64,000 nt of DNA. Source: the human T2T-CHM13v2.0 reference genome, Homo sapiens. The stretch's first letter is position 1. Each line of letters opens with the position of its first letter. Shown here one piece after another: positions 1-15,081 of the stretch. The translations under genes were made by a program, and so were the position numbers. The stretch is taken from assembly GCF_009914755.1 (NCBI RefSeq), contig NC_060929.1; one strand, written 5' to 3'. The notes beneath the pieces are model-generated. The model searched no databases. It saw only the letters and a list, made by a program, of their open reading frames with translations, and was not told the origin of the DNA.

Positions 1-990
1 TGAGATGGGTGGATGCTCCGGAGCTAGGCGAAAGCTGGAAGGGACCCGGGAAGGGATGGAACCCCAGGTTACTCCGCTTCCCTAATTCACGTGCAAGGCG
101 CTGACAGTTGACTCTGGTGGGGCAGATGTCAGCCTGCAACAAAGGACCAGGGTGCGAGGGGTCCTAGAGTGGCCAGGTGGGTTGGGGGAGGGAGGCTGGC
201 GGAACGTGCTGGTGAGCGCAGGTAGATGCTCTTGCAGATCCTGTGATTCCAGAGCTAAGGAGGCACGACGTCCAGCAGAGGTCTTCTCCACAGCACCTGC
301 CCAATCTTGCCATCACCTTCCCTGTTCAGATGGCATGTTTTTGGCGGGTAGTGAGGGTTTCTCCTTAGGCAAAATCACTTCAGATTTGAAACTGGAATGT
401 CTGTAAACTTCCTGCAAGAAAGACCCTTGCCCAGTCTGGAACTTGAGCAGATTAAGTTCTCTCTCCTCCCCTTCTTGTGCCACCTTGTCCTCCTCTCTTG
501 GTATCTTCTGCTGCATCTCTGCCACCTTCTCTTCCTCCTTTTCTTCCTTATTTCAAAGTGAACCACTCCCCTGATCCTTCCCCACAGTCTTCCAGTGCAT
601 CTCGCATTGCCTTCTTCACGTTCAAATCAGTTTTCCATATCACCTCCTGGCTTGACTGCTCCTTGACCCCATCGGGACTTCCCCATGCGTAGCCTGCTGT
701 GAAATACAGCAAGTGGAATCACCGTATTCAAAGTCTTGTTGAAAAACGAAACCCAAAACATGTGCCAAGGAAGGCCTCTGGGCCTTCGCCCCTGTCCCTC
801 TGATTCAGCAGCAGTCAGGACGGGGCTCACGTCTGCTGCATTCACAAGCCAAGCCAAGCAGGGCACAGCCTGCCCAGGGGCCAGGTCGAATGTTCCTCCT
901 AATTATGCCACGGGCATGACCCTGAACACCGCAGACTGTCTGAGGTTGTGATCTCCTCCACCCCCCCCACCCCCCCCACCCCCGCAGAGC
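1..990. promoter_or_regulatory. GC/CpG-richer promoter- or enhancer-like flank (gene not identifiable)
   Basis: Clearly more GC- and CpG-rich than the rest of the window. CACGTG E-box at 88-93, GGGACTTCCC kappaB site at 674-683, AAAACGAAAC IRF-E-like motif at ~743-752, C8-A-C8-A-C5 tract at 961-983. Confidence 0.45.
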
Positions 991-2978
991 TTGTTTCTGA
1001 AACACAAATAAGCATGACAGAATGCAGGAAATTGTAATAAAAGGGATTTGGTGCTTACGATTCTCAGTAACATTGTGCTTCTATTTTGTGTTGAAAGAGA
1101 TTATCCAACAAACTTAAATGATTTGAATATTCAAGTCTATTCTTTATTATACTTGGGAGTAAGTTGAAATATAAATGGAAGTAAGAGTGAAGGAGAAAAG
1201 CGGTACAGAGGTTAAATAGGTAACAAATAATTGCTAGGAGGAGCAGATTAAGCAGACTATTGACAACAGTACAAATGTTCGCTTTTATTCCTCCTACCCC
1301 AGGTGTGGACATGCACACACAGGCTTGGTCTCACCTGCAAAAAACAGTTCTCCAAGCTAACTCCAAGTGTCTTAAAGCCAGTTTGATATTAAAATATCCT
1401 GAGTCCTGTGAGGGAAGACATGCAAGACCATTTTTTTCATCACACGTTTAACTGTAATTTTTATCTTAGTTCTCAGAAAGGCAGTTCAATTACACTGAGT
1501 ACGTGGTACAAGACAAATTAGCAGCACCATATCCATTAGGCCACATTATATTTCAAGAGATGTTCTTAGTTCCCACCTGAGCTTCTGTCAGTCTGCTATT
1601 GTTTGGTTTTCTCTTTGCATCTTCTAACTCAAGAAGTCAGTGGGGAGGTGGAAAGGGAGATGAGGGGACATCAGTTACTCTTTAGATTAAAATGGAGGTA
1701 GATGTGTAGATGCTATCCACAGGTAATATATGTGTATTTTATGCCTGATATAGATCTAAGTAAAGAAAATAATTTTCTAACGTTTTTTAGTTACTATCGA
1801 GATGAGCAATGACAAATTCTATCAACTAATTGTGTGTCTGGGAAATGAGCTGGAGGCAGTCCCTACAGATACTGTTGGGGCTGGGGCTGGTGTGATATGG
1901 TTATTTAGGAAGCAGAGTGGTAAAGTCCAATGTCCTGGACTGCTTTGATTTCATTTGCTCAGTGCCCCATTTCATTGAAACATTTATGACTTTTATTATT
2001 CTAGAATAATTTGTAACTTAAGATATTATTCAATTCACAATTAGATAATATTGAAAAATAAAGCAAAATGAACATGTATAATGTTAGATCTTGGAACGAC
2101 TCACTGCTGCCATCTTTTGCCTCCTGCTTCCGATAGTTCCTATATAAAGGAATATTCTGAATCCTCAAATTCACTATGAGACTAGAACATTATTAGTTTA
2201 TTATTTTCAAATTACAGTACTCAATGCTCAGTGAAAAACCTTCATTGTATTTCTTCTGTTTATGCATTAATAGAGTTATCTGATACAGAAATCACATATA
2301 AATACTAAATGCTATATCTCTTGATTTTTCAAATCACTTTTCAAAATTTGAAGCAAACGTTTTTATATGGAAGTGTAACTTAACTTTAGAAATAAAATCT
2401 AACAATTCCAAATATTTTTTATAAATGTATGTGTCTTATTTTGTAATTCAAAGTATGTCGATTTTAGGAGAATGGCATTCTTATTTAAGTCACAGCTGTT
2501 TCAATATGGCATTGTTTGTTGCTATTGAGATTCAAATAGAAGATAATATTTTTGTAATTTTTTAAGTGAATTACCCATTGATAAACAATTGAGAAATTTT
2601 CAAATTGGGAAATGAAATCAGGTGAGTGATTATTGTTGCTGTTCAGCATTTAAATAGGGAGAGTAATGATACTTCTTTCAATTCACAATTTAAATTTTAA
2701 AGCAAATTACCTGAAATAGTAACCCAATAGTGTCATCATAAGTACATGTGTGTATATATTTGGGAGGCTAACACACACTGTTTGCTCTTGATCATAAAAG
2801 TTATGATATTTGTTACCTGAAAGTATCTCTAAGTTTTTGAAGACTGTAAAGTAGTTAACTAATTTAAACTAACCGTTTTAGTTAAGATCAACGTGTGGGT
2901 CATTTCACTATTTGATTGCAAACTTCACATTTTCACTCAAATTGCCTTTTATTATTGCTGCAACTCCTATGATGGTAT

Positions 2979-3125
2979 CATTCATTCATTCAGCAAATGT
3001 TTATTGAGCATCCATCCGCTGTGGTTCAGTATTGGCCAAAATTTGGAGAATTAGTAGCAAACAATAGAGAAGACAACAAATTCCTTATCCTCCCAGAGTT
3101 TAATTATGAATTGGGGTTATGGGGG
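2979..3125 (-). mobile_element. LINE2 3' end fragment
   Basis: CATTCATTCATTCAGCAAATGTTTATTGAGCA is the typical reverse-complement L2 tail. Confidence 0.7.
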
Positions 3126-3129
3126 AAGC

Positions 3130-3326
3130 AGAAATTGAAGCACTGCAGAGAGGTAATCACCACCAGAAGCTGAAATGAGGAACACAAATGTCCTCATTTC
3201 TTCCTAATTGTCTGTGTGCCTCAGTGTATTGGCTTCCTGTTATGGGAGGAAAGTTCATCTATATTGGATTAAGCCGTGGTGGTTGGATTCTGTTACCTGC
3301 ATCAAATTCAAGCTCAAATCGAAATA
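3130..3326 (+). mobile_element. Old MLT1 (J/K/L-like) LTR 3' fragment
   Basis: TTAAGCC...GTTGGATTCTGTTACCTGCA resembles the MLT1 3' terminus. Confidence 0.45.
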
Positions 3327-3704
3327 TATGTTATCTGTAATGTCTCCCCTCTGCTCACTATAGCTGTTATTACTGTAAGTATTTCCCCCACAATGTATTT
3401 CCAAAAATTAAAACATTTTTTCAACAAAGTGAGTAAATGAATATGGTCTAAATCATATGTATTAGAAGATAAATTAAGGAATAATATAAGACCAGTTTTT
3501 TATTGTCACTGACCAATAAATTCATGTTCAAAGCATTGCACAATGAGTCCACCTCAACGATTTTTATACTGTCTCCCAAAATGAAATACCTCATTTTCAG
3601 TCTTTGTTCTCCTTAATGTTCTCTACCCACTCCAGTGTCACTCTCAAGTTTGTACAGAATACACGTTCTGAAATTGATTTACTCATTAAAATGAAATCCT
3701 TGAA

Positions 3705-3840
3705 GCTCTCATTTTATTACCCATAAATAAGCCAAATCTTGCCTCTTGCTTTGTTGTGAAAATTAAATGAATGAATCAGTCTATGATAAGCAAATGGCTC
3801 TATGCCTGGCAAATAGGGAGCAATTAGTAAATGATGGTGA
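3705..3840 (+). mobile_element. MIR SINE fragment
   Basis: GTTGTGAAAATTAAATGA...TGCCTGGCAAATAG...AGTAAATG matches the MIR core and 3' end. Confidence 0.65.
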
Positions 3841-4889
3841 ACATGAGTCATGACATTAGAATATCTCTTTCACCTCTGCTGTTTTCGTCGGCTTGCTATA
3901 TCAAAACACACTTATTATCTGATTGCGCATATCTTATTCAGTCATCAAGACACCTAGAAGATACCATTTTGCCAGTGAGCTTTTTCATATTCATTTCTTT
4001 CAAATAATCATTAACTAAATTTCTCCCACATGCAGGTAATTATATCATGCAGACTAATCATGAGAATTTACAGGGATCTCCATTTGGTAAACTGGTTGTG
4101 TTTCATGCTTTCACTGAATTTTTAGGAATTTGAAAATACATCACATTCAGATTACAGAGTCAGGTAGCTTACCTTTTTGTCATATTTCATCATGTCTATA
4201 TATTTATATGCTTTGTCTACTCCATACAATGTGTTGCTTTAGTTTATATGTTGATAAAGTTATCTAACATTATTTTCCATATTCTCTGAGATTGTGTCTA
4301 CGTACATAGAATATGTATGTGAGCAGTTTGATTTTCTATTTGTGAAGTATATTATACTTCTATAATAAGCAAAAATCGATGTTTCACAAAATCTTTACAC
4401 AAATGTACTCTAACATGAAATGTTCAATTATTTGAAAAAATCATTTTCGTTATGATTCTGCAAAGATTAAACATATATTTTGTTAGGAATAGGAACTTAA
4501 TGAATTTTTCAAATCATTGAGCATTTCGTGTTAGAGTATGTTTGTATAAATATTTTGTTAAACATTTATTTTTGCTTATTAGAGAAGTAACAAGTTCTCA
4601 TTTAAAAAACTTTAAAAATCAGAAAGTTATGAAAAACATAATTCTACCACCCAGAAAAAGTATAGTGTACAAATGCCTATCCTCTTATTTACTTAAAATT
4701 ACATTCCTACACTTTCCCATTCCATTTCTCAAACTTTTCTAAGGTTAGATTATTCTTTATATAATGAGTTTTCTGTTTTATACATTTTGACTGTTATCAC
4801 ATGACCTCTCCCGTGGTAAATAAAGGTTCAATGAAGGTTGTTTTCTCAAATTGTTTGAAAAGAAAAACACCCCAATTATATCTATTTCT

Positions 4890-6130
4890 GAGTAGGATGA
4901 AATAGCTTATGGGACCTCCATGCCTCTGGTAAGAATAATTAGAATTTTTGAATGAAAAACAAAAATATTTATCTTATGCATCAGAAACCTGCTGAAGCAA
5001 AAAGGACTGGAGGAGCCAAGATTCCAGACAGGCAAGAATGTGGATGCCGAGCTAATGTGGTATGTCTGCTTTTTCCCTGATAACTTCGGCCAGTTCTGGA
5101 TACAGTGAGAGAGGCTGGGTTTTGAGGCTTTTCCTGGGTAGAGGCCACTGTCTGAGACAGAGATATCAGCAGAATCTTTGTTAGCCTCATAGGGCTTTAG
5201 ACTGAAGCCCAAGGGATCAAGATCCCAGTAAGAAGAAAGGAGCAGAGAACTGGGACAGAAACATAGCTGGCATTCCCTTCAAAGCTTTTGATAACTTATA
5301 AAGCTTCACAGGACTAAACAGCTAAACAAAAAGCCTCTGAAAATCAGATATAATTTTAACAGTCCTGCTGTGCAGAGAAGAAAAGCATTCACATCCAGGA
5401 CCAGCCCCACCTTGGGAGATATTTCAAGTTATCAGTTAAAACTCCTGGAGTGTTGCACCCTGAGAGCTAGAGAAAACAGAGGTGGAATAAAATGTAACAA
5501 TACTGTAATTGTCTCCAATTCAGTGATGTTGCTGATTGGAATAGAGGTTACCAGGTGATTTATCTGCCTAGCAGAGGAAAGGGTGAAACCTTTTAGGCAA
5601 ACCTCTGCAATTTTTAAATATTCATTGTCCAGCATTCAGTAAAATCTGTTCTTCAGAGTTAGGAGCAAATGACCAAAAAACAACTAACAAATGTAGAATT
5701 GGAAAAGACCCATGGGTGATCTATATACTAGAATTAGCAGACAAAATATCTAAAATGATAATGATCAATATGTCCAACAGAATATAGGACTGTAGAAAAA
5801 GATGAAAAAGAAAAAACATGAAAAGGAAAAGATGGAGAAATTCACCAAATAATTGAAAACTGTGAGAAGAATGAATCCACTGGGAATCCTAGAACTTAAA
5901 AATGTGGCAAATTAATTTAGTAACAAATTTTATTTGATCCATCAAATATAAAATTGTATCAATCCACATGTAACATTTGACAAAATCAGCCATGTGCTGG
6001 ATTGTAAAGCAAGTCACAAGCATGAAATGATTGTATTCATTCAGAGAATATTCTCAGAGAACAGTGTCATTAAGCCAGAAATCAATAACTAAAAAAAAAG
6101 AAAATCTTCCTATACATAATTTAATCTGCA
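4890..6130 (+). mobile_element. Ancient L1M (L1MD/ME-type) 5' region with ORF1 and ORF2 fragments
   Basis: A-rich plus strand; GAATTAGCAGACAAA ORF1-like segment; CAGTGTCATTAAGCCAGAAATCAATAAC endonuclease-end-like segment. Confidence 0.6.
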
Positions 6131-6557
6131 CTACTTCAAAATAAATCTACTTGAGAAACTTGAATTATTTTAACATAAATGATAAATAACATGTGTACAA
6201 TAAAAATTGCAAGATGCAACAAAAACAGTCTTTACGATATCTATAAAATATATTATATTATGTACAAAATATATAAAAACAAGTTGCAGACACTTGACAG
6301 CAGCCAATGTAAGGCTGCTATTCTTGAGCTATTCTGGAGAGACAAAGTATTTAAAAGTCACTCCACTTTTGCACTGCCTTTTTCCCTAGGTACATTTTCT
6401 GGGGTGTGGTACAAGCAAGATCTTGCTTCCACTGAACAGAGAAGGCAAGGATTAAATCTGGGTTTATTAAAGTGTCTCCAATGTGGAAGAGACAGTGCTG
6501 GAAAAGAAAGAGTCATAGAGAGGGAAATCCAGAAGTTTACATAGAAATGCCCCTTGA

Positions 6558-7043
<486 letters not shown>

Positions 7044-7112
7044 CTAAAGTGAAGAATGTTTAGAACAAGTCAAAGATGGAGTTGAGATGTCAGACATGCC
7101 ATCAGATACAGG

Positions 7113-7830
7113 TGTTATAAATTGAATCATGTTCCCCTCCTAATTCATATGTTGAAACCCTAACTCCCAGTGCGCCTGTATTTGGAGATGGGGCCTTTAA
7201 AGACATAATTAAGGTTAAATGAGGTCATAAATATGGGCCCTAGGCCAGGTGTGGTGGCTCACACCTGTAATCCTAGCAGTTTGGGAGGCCAAGGTGGGTG
7301 GATCACCTGAGATCAGGAGTTTGAGACCAGCCTGGCCAATGTGGTGAAACCCCATCTCTACTAAAAATATAAAAATTAGCCTGGCATGGTGGCGGGCGCC
7401 TGTAATCCCAACTACTCGGGAGGCTGAGGCAGGAGAATCGCTTGAACCAGGAGGTGGATGTTGCAGTGAGCCAAGATCACGCCATTGCACTCCAGCCTGG
7501 GCGACAGAGTGAGACTCCATCTCAAAAAAAAAAAAAAAAAAAAAAAAAGGAAAGAAAAAGAAAAGAAAGAAAAAGGGCCGTAATCCAGTACAACTTGTGT
7601 CCTTATAAGAAAGGAAGACACCAGGGATGCCTGTGCACAGAGGAAAGGCCACATGAAGATGCAAGAAGGTGGTCCTCTGCAAGCCAAGGGGAGAGACCTA
7701 AGAGAAACCTACCCTGCCAGCATCTTGATCTTGGACTTCTAGCCTCAAGAACAGTGAGACAATAATTCTCTGCTGTTTAAGCACTCACTCTGTGTCGTTT
7801 TGTTATGGCAACCCTAGCAAACTAATGAAA
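7113..7830 (+). mobile_element. MLT1B-like MaLR LTR split by an Alu
   Basis: TTCATATGTTGAAACCCTAAC...TTTGGAGATGGGGCCTTT; resumes TAATCCAGTA...GGCAACCCTAGCAAACTAAT after the Alu. Confidence 0.85.
7243..7574 (+). mobile_element. AluSx-like
   Basis: Full dimer with polyA; flanking GGGCC(C/G)TA duplication. Confidence 0.95.
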
Positions 7831-9639
7831 AGAGTAAAGATAAGTGCACTTTAGGATTGAGGTCTACAACCTAGAAATATGCGGGGGCGGGGGGCGGGAA
7901 ATGTGATAGATCTCTTTGAAGAGAGTGTAAAACCAGGGCTTAACAGCTCAATTTATTCCATTAGTACTTTGTTGCCAACATAAAACTCAATACTTTTTGA
8001 TGGATAATAAATGAAATCCAGTGCCTTTTCAAGATATTATCAGAAAATTGACAAATATAATTTTAAAAAGGAAGAAAAAATAACCAGGTTGTACAAAGAA
8101 AAAAAAATCTATCACAATGAAGTTGTTGACAACCAAAGATTGAAAAAGTAATTCTTGAAAGCAGCTAGAGAAAAAAGACACATTACACACAGAAATACAA
8201 TTGTTACATACATTGGTAACTCAAAAGAATTTATGGAGGCCAGGAAACAGTGAAACAAAATCTTTTAAATACAGGAAAAAAGAATATAAGTGAAAGAAAA
8301 AGGAATTCATTGCTAGCCGTCTTGTTCTAACAGAAATGTAAAAGGAAGTTCATCAGGCTGATAGGAAGAGAGCAGAGGAAAACTTGGAACTTTAGAAATT
8401 AAAAAAGAGCAACAGAAATAGCAAATATCTGGGTCAATATAAAAGACTATGTTTCCCTCTTCAAGTCAGTTACATATATATAACTGTTAAATGTTAAAAT
8501 TTTAACATTTTCCAATGTGGCTTTTGATATTCATTGAAATAACACATTTAGAAACTGTAACAAAATGTCAGTTGGTGATAGTTGGTGGTAGGGTAGGGTA
8601 AAGGGACTTATATGGTTGCAAGGGTTCTGTATAATAATTGAAGTGGTACATTATTAACTCTACTAACCAATAATAAAAATAATACAAAGACATGTAGCCA
8701 GAAAACCAACAGACAAATTGAAATAGAATATTAAATATACTCGAGTAATCCATAACAAGGCAGACAAGAGAACACAGAGGAAGAAATGCAGAAGGGACAA
8801 ACAGAAAAATGAAATAAAATGGTAGACATAAATTCATTTATATTAATAATTATATTAAACATTAATGGCTTAACTACTTCAATTAAAGGGCAGATATTGA
8901 CAGAGTGAATGAAAAGCAAGATCCTACCAGAGGCCAAAAACAAAAGCACAGTTATTGAAAGTAAAGGATAGAAAAAGATCTACCCTACAAAACTAAGCCA
9001 AAGAAAGCGAGAGTGTTTATATTAACGTCAGATAAAATAAACTTCGAGACGCAGATAATGTAATTAGATAAAGAGGAACATGTCGTAACGATAAAAGGGT
9101 TAAATTATCAAGAAGAAATAACAATTTAAAATGCACATCCCAGAGCCTCAAAATACATGAAGCAAAAGTTAATAGAATTAAAGGGAGACCCAGACAATCA
9201 TGCATTGTAAGAGATTTTAACAGCCTTCTTGCAGTAATTCATATAGTAACCAGACAAAAAGTCTGATTATAAACACCATGTTCTTTACCTCCTGATTATA
9301 CACACCATTGTGTGAGTCCCTCTTCTTGAGTTTAGGCTGGACCTAGCAACTTACTTTTACTGAATAGCATTCATATATCTGCAGAAATTATAAATATCCA
9401 TAGAAAACTGGATTGATATTTTAAACCTGAAATTCATTTATGAAAGACTGTAGCATCTATTGCTTCAATTATTTCTTTCTGGTTCGTCTAGCTTGATCGT
9501 TCTGATGAAACATCCTGCCATGTTGTGAGCTGCTCCATGGAGAGACCCACATGGCAAGGAATTGAGGGTGGCGTCTGACCAACAGCCAGTGAGCAACTGA
9601 GGCTCTCATCAAAGAGCCCATGTGGAACTGCATCTTGCC

Positions 9640-9642
9640 ACA

Positions 9643-9688
<46 letters not shown>
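9640..9688. repeat. (CA)n microsatellite
   Basis: Seen directly. Confidence 0.95.
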
Positions 9689-9690
<2 letters not shown>

Positions 9691-9831
9691 AAACCCGGAA
9701 GTGAATCCTTCCAAAACCAAGACATAGTTGACTGCAGCCCTGGCCAGCAACTTGACTGAAACTTGTGAGAGACCTTGAATCAGTGGGTCAAGCTAAGCCA
9801 CACTGGAATCCCTGAACCACAGAAACTGTAA

Positions 9832-10198
<367 letters not shown>

Positions 10199-11076
10199 TA
10201 GATGATAAATACAAACCCTATCTTGACAAAGACTACTTCAGTACTTCAATTGTAAATTAATATTTAAATTAAAATATAAATTGTGTTTGTTGTTTAGTTG
10301 ATTGATTTAATTTTGAAATTAAATTTAAGCACTCATTCCAAAAGCAGTAGAAAATATGAGGCATATATATATATAAAATATAAATATATATATATATAAC
10401 ATAAATTGGATCCATAATTCAAAATCTTTTTACAAAGAAACTCAAGACAAAGTAGTTTTAATAGTAAATTATCTTTCAAATACTTAAGGAAGAAAATTAT
10501 TCTGATCTTATACAAATTTACCAGAAAAGAGAAAAAAAAGGAGAGCACTTTTGCACTCATAGTATGAGGCCACCATAAACTTGACACCAAAGTCTAACGT
10601 GGACTTTACAGAAAAGCAAAAATATGAGTTTTATCTCATAAATGTAAATACAAACTCCTAAAGGAAATAATTAACTTCCAATTGAGTTAACAGATACATT
10701 TTAAAAATACATTATAAACAAGTGAAGTTTATCTTAGGAAAGTAAAGCTTTTTTAAACATCTGAATATCAACTGCCATATTCACCACATTAACAGAATAA
10801 AGGAGAAAAATCACAGATTCAGAGAAAAGCTTTTAATAACATCCAATACCCATCTAAGGTAAAGAAAGAAAAAGCAATTTAGCAAACTAGGATTAGAAGG
10901 AAACACCACTAATCTGATGGTTAACTGGAAAAAAAACACCTGTAGATTTTCCTCTGAGTTCTTGAAAATAAGACAAAGATGTCTACTATCACCACTTCTT
11001 TTCAACATTTTACTGTACATGCTGGCCAGTGAAATGAGGCAATAAAGAGAAATAAAGATTATAAAAATAGAAAACA

Positions 11077-11572
11077 TGGAGAGCAGGATGATTCTCCCCC
11101 AAAGATCTCTACATCCGAATTGTTGTAACATAAAAATATGTTCCTTATATGGCAAAAGGGACTTTTCAGATGTGATTAAATTAAGGATTTTGAGATGGGG
11201 GGTTTATCATGGATTGTCCAGGTGGGCCAGTGTGACCACAAGGGTCACTGTAAGTGGAGAGGGAGGCAGAAGAGCGAGAGCGAGAAAGAGGTGGAAGTTC
11301 TTATGGTGCTGGCTTTGAAGATGAGAGGAGGAACGGACCTCAGCCAACGAATGAAAGTGGCCCCCAGATGCTGGAAAGGCAAGGAAAATAAATTTTCCAC
11401 TAGAGTCTCCACAAAGAAGCAGCGTCCTGCCAACATCTTGGCTTTAGCCCAGTGCAAACCATCTCGTATTTCTGATCTTCCAAATTGTAAGATAATGAAT
11501 ATGTGTTGTTTGAAGCCACTAAGTTAGGGAGTTATGGGTAATTTATCATAGCAATAATAAGAAATAGATACA
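11077..11572 (+). mobile_element. MLT1D LTR
   Basis: ATGGCAAAAGGGACTTTTCAGATGTGATTAAATTAAGGATTTTGAGATGGGG...GCTGGAAAGGCAAGGAAA. Confidence 0.85.
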
Positions 11573-13140
11573 GAAGAGATTGTATGTGTACAAAATCTAA
11601 GAGTCTGCTATCAAATTCAATATGTGAATTCTCAAGAACACTGGATTCATATTCAAGACGTGTCCATTGTATTTCGATAAACTCGCAGCAAAATATTGGA
11701 AAACAAAACACAATTTTTAACGAACACCATTCACAAAAAATATTAAATACCTATATTGCATCTAACAAGGATAGGCAAGATCTTAACAATGAAAAGTATA
11801 AAATTTGCTGAGAATGACCAAAGAATTTCTACATAAATGTAAAGATATTCATAGTTGTGAATTAGAAGACTCAAAATTGTTCAGATAAAATTCTTCATAA
11901 ATGTATCTATACATTCAGTGCAACACTCATAAAAATCCATGGTGTTTTTAAACATTGATATGTTGATTCTAATATTTGTACAGGAGTGAAACATGCCCAG
12001 GATAACCAAGTCAATCTTGGATTTGAAGAATAAATTTCTAGGATACACACTACTGGATGCAAAACTTATTATATAAATCTACAGTAATTAAGACAATGTG
12101 ATATTTGCACAAGGATAGAAAAAAGACAAAGGAGTAAGATAGAGTTCAGAAATTAACATACATGGATTGTCACTTGACTCATGCCAGAACCATCAGTGAA
12201 CAGCAGTGAACAATCCCAACAGCAAGATGAAGACTGTATGAGTGAAATGCCTTTCCTTTGTGAAGTTGGAAAAGGGGGAAATTTTGAGAGGGGAGTAGGG
12301 AAGGAAATTATGCTCTTATATCACAATATGTTGCTGAGAAAATAAACTTTACAGAAAAAAACATATTTGATGTTGATCATTTGAAAAGTGACTTCTTTAA
12401 ACTGAATGGTACCCTTGAAAATTCAGTGTGTGCCACCACGGTGATCTCACACGGGGACTGCTGGTTTGTAATGGAGATTCAGGAACCTTTGTCAGATCTC
12501 AATCACTAAGTTGATTGGTGAGTAAATGGATGTTCTTATTTTACTCTTTTTAACTTATGAATAGCTGTACTTCGATTTAATTTTAAAATTATCACGCATG
12601 TGGTTCTGGAAGATTTATAATACATAAATATAAACATAAACTATATAAAGATAAAATATGCAAAATATAATTATGGAAATAAATAATAGTAATGATCGAT
12701 GTAATTAAAATAGCTTTGAAATATCAATATTCCTCTATCAAATTTGCAAAGTCTTCTTCACTTGTAATATTCAGTGTTGGTTAGAAGGGAGAGATGCCAA
12801 TGAAATTCACATCATCACCACAGTTTTAGGGGAGAGTTTGCAATACACGTTGAGATCCTGAAGAACTTAATCTACTTTATGGAAAGTGATTTTTGAAGGT
12901 CTCATTATGAAGCAGAGCATGGGAAACTGAAGTAAACCTTTCATTGATAACTCAGACCAATAATATAGATGTTAATGTACTGTGACACCATGATAGCCTC
13001 AGGTGTCATTGCAGTGTCTCTTGACCTGTATTAAATGACCCTAGTCTTTGAACATTTAGCTATCACCAAGCAAGCATCTATCTGTACAGGCCATTTGAGT
13101 GCTTCTGCTTTCAGGATTCCCTTCCCTGCATGCACACACA

Positions 13141-13553
13141 TGTGTAGTGTGATGGGTCCCCTACCAGGTTACTTAGGATGTATACCCACTGCTTGAACCC
13201 AAAGGCCAGGCATTGAGACAAGACCCTGATGCCCAGCAGAGGAGCAAGTGTTCCTGAGAACTTAAACATCCCTGGAGTATATGAGAACCTACCAAGAAAA
13301 CCAGTCTCATCACTTAACACAGTAGGCAAAGAGCCAGAAAATCAGCTTAAAAGTACTTTACAGACAAGAGGCAGCATAGATCTCTAGCGTTGCCCTGCTG
13401 TTATCCAGGAGCACCCTCTATGTAAGTCCTAATAAACTTTATGTAATTGTCAAGTTGGACTTTCCCAAGTAATTATTTGGTCTCTCAACACCTTCCTCGT
13501 TGCAGAGGTAGAGGGGGGTGTGGGTGTTATAGCCCCAAGTTTCTCTCTTAACA
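13141..13553 (+). mobile_element. Solo ERVL-class LTR (LTR32-like)
   Basis: TG...CA ends; GATGGGTCCCCTACCAGGTTACTTA, CAGTAGGCAAAGAGCCAGAAAATCAGCTTAAAAG, AATAAA at ~13431. Subfamily from memory. Confidence 0.65.
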
Positions 13554-13739
13554 ATATGCAACATCAAGATTCCCATCTGCTTTTGTAACAGAGTCCCTGC
13601 TGTAGTAGAGATCAAGATACTTTTCTGGGACATTTCTAGCTTTATTTTTGCAGGATGTATAAATACAATATTTTGCAAAACACTTGAAGACAAAAAAGAA
13701 TGTAAAAGAAGAAAGCAGGATGATTTTGCAGTGCAATGG

Positions 13740-14030
13740 ATAGGCAGGTTGTTTAATGGATAAGTATCAACCTGAAAAGAGGACTCAGTAATTTGTAAGT
13801 AGCCTTTCCTGGCTTTGTATTTTAAGCCTCTACATTTAAAAGGAGGCACATGATATCAGTTTGGGAAAAGAAAGTTGAAGAATTGAAAGACAGCATAAAG
13901 TCTCAGAACGTATTTCAGGAGATAGCGCAGTGGTCTAAAATTAACAAGATGAAATTCAATGGAGAGAAATGCAAAGTCCTTCCTTAGGTTAAAACAATGG
14001 TATAATAAATCCAGGTTAGGAGGCTGTGGA
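13740..14030 (+). mobile_element. L3/CR1 reverse-transcriptase-region fragment
   Basis: AACAAGATGAAATTCAATGGAGAGAAATGCAAAGTCCT encodes NKMKFNGEKCKV, a CR1 ORF2 hallmark. Confidence 0.8.
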
Positions 14031-14840
14031 TTCTGAACTGGGATCCATGTACCAGAGCTGCACTGGCCGCGCCCAGGCCTTGGGAACGTGGGTGTTCCTG
14101 GAATCAGTTGCTTCCCACTTGGTTCAATCTGTTCAGGGAAATTTCCTTCAGTGCCTACAAGAGAAGATTGGCCTTTCTAACTACTGCAAGCTGCTGCTAA
14201 TGTTATTCAAAGGCGAGTATCGGAGACACCAGCAGATTCCCCACCTGCCTGGAAAGCTGCCTTCATCTTAGTATCATGGAACGAGAAGCTGAAGCACCAA
14301 TTACGGTCTGCTGTGCCAATAATACCTCTGACACCACCTGGAACTTCATTTGGAGTCTTCCTTATTGTGACTCAGCACTGCCATCCTCAGCTGCACAGAA
14401 AATTCAAGCCCTCTGGTCACTTTGCTTTTCATTATTTGTTACCATCTTGCAGCTCTGTGTTCTTCTCTGGAAATTTTGGCTGAACATAATTAAATACCCC
14501 TAAATTACTTTTTGAACAAATTAGTTTTAATTTTATTCTTAAAAATTCATGACTTTGTACAAATTATTAAGAGACCTCTGTTCAGGTTGACATCTATTCA
14601 TTAAACCCAAGTTTCATAGTTCTTACTCTTTTTATATGACTTAGTGTTGTTTTTCATTAAGCATAAATCACTCTTATTTACCTATATTGTTTATTCCTCA
14701 GTATACTAAAGACATGGAAATGAACTTAAATTTCAACTTTAATAAATGAATTTACAATAATTGTTGCTCTAAATCATGAATAGTCAATCACAACCAAATT
14801 GTGTTTATTTAATTCAGTTCCCTTTATTTAAAGCTAAAAC

Positions 14841-15081
<241 letters not shown>

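Noticed and set aside
313-525. Glu/Lys-rich 70-aa ORF on the minus strand
   Set aside because: Arises from purine-rich low-complexity sequence, has a non-ATG start with an in-frame stop just upstream, and resembles no family I recognise.
7881-7900. GC-box-like GGGGGCGGGGGGCGGG run
   Set aside because: Isolated, between TE fragments, with no CpG-island context.
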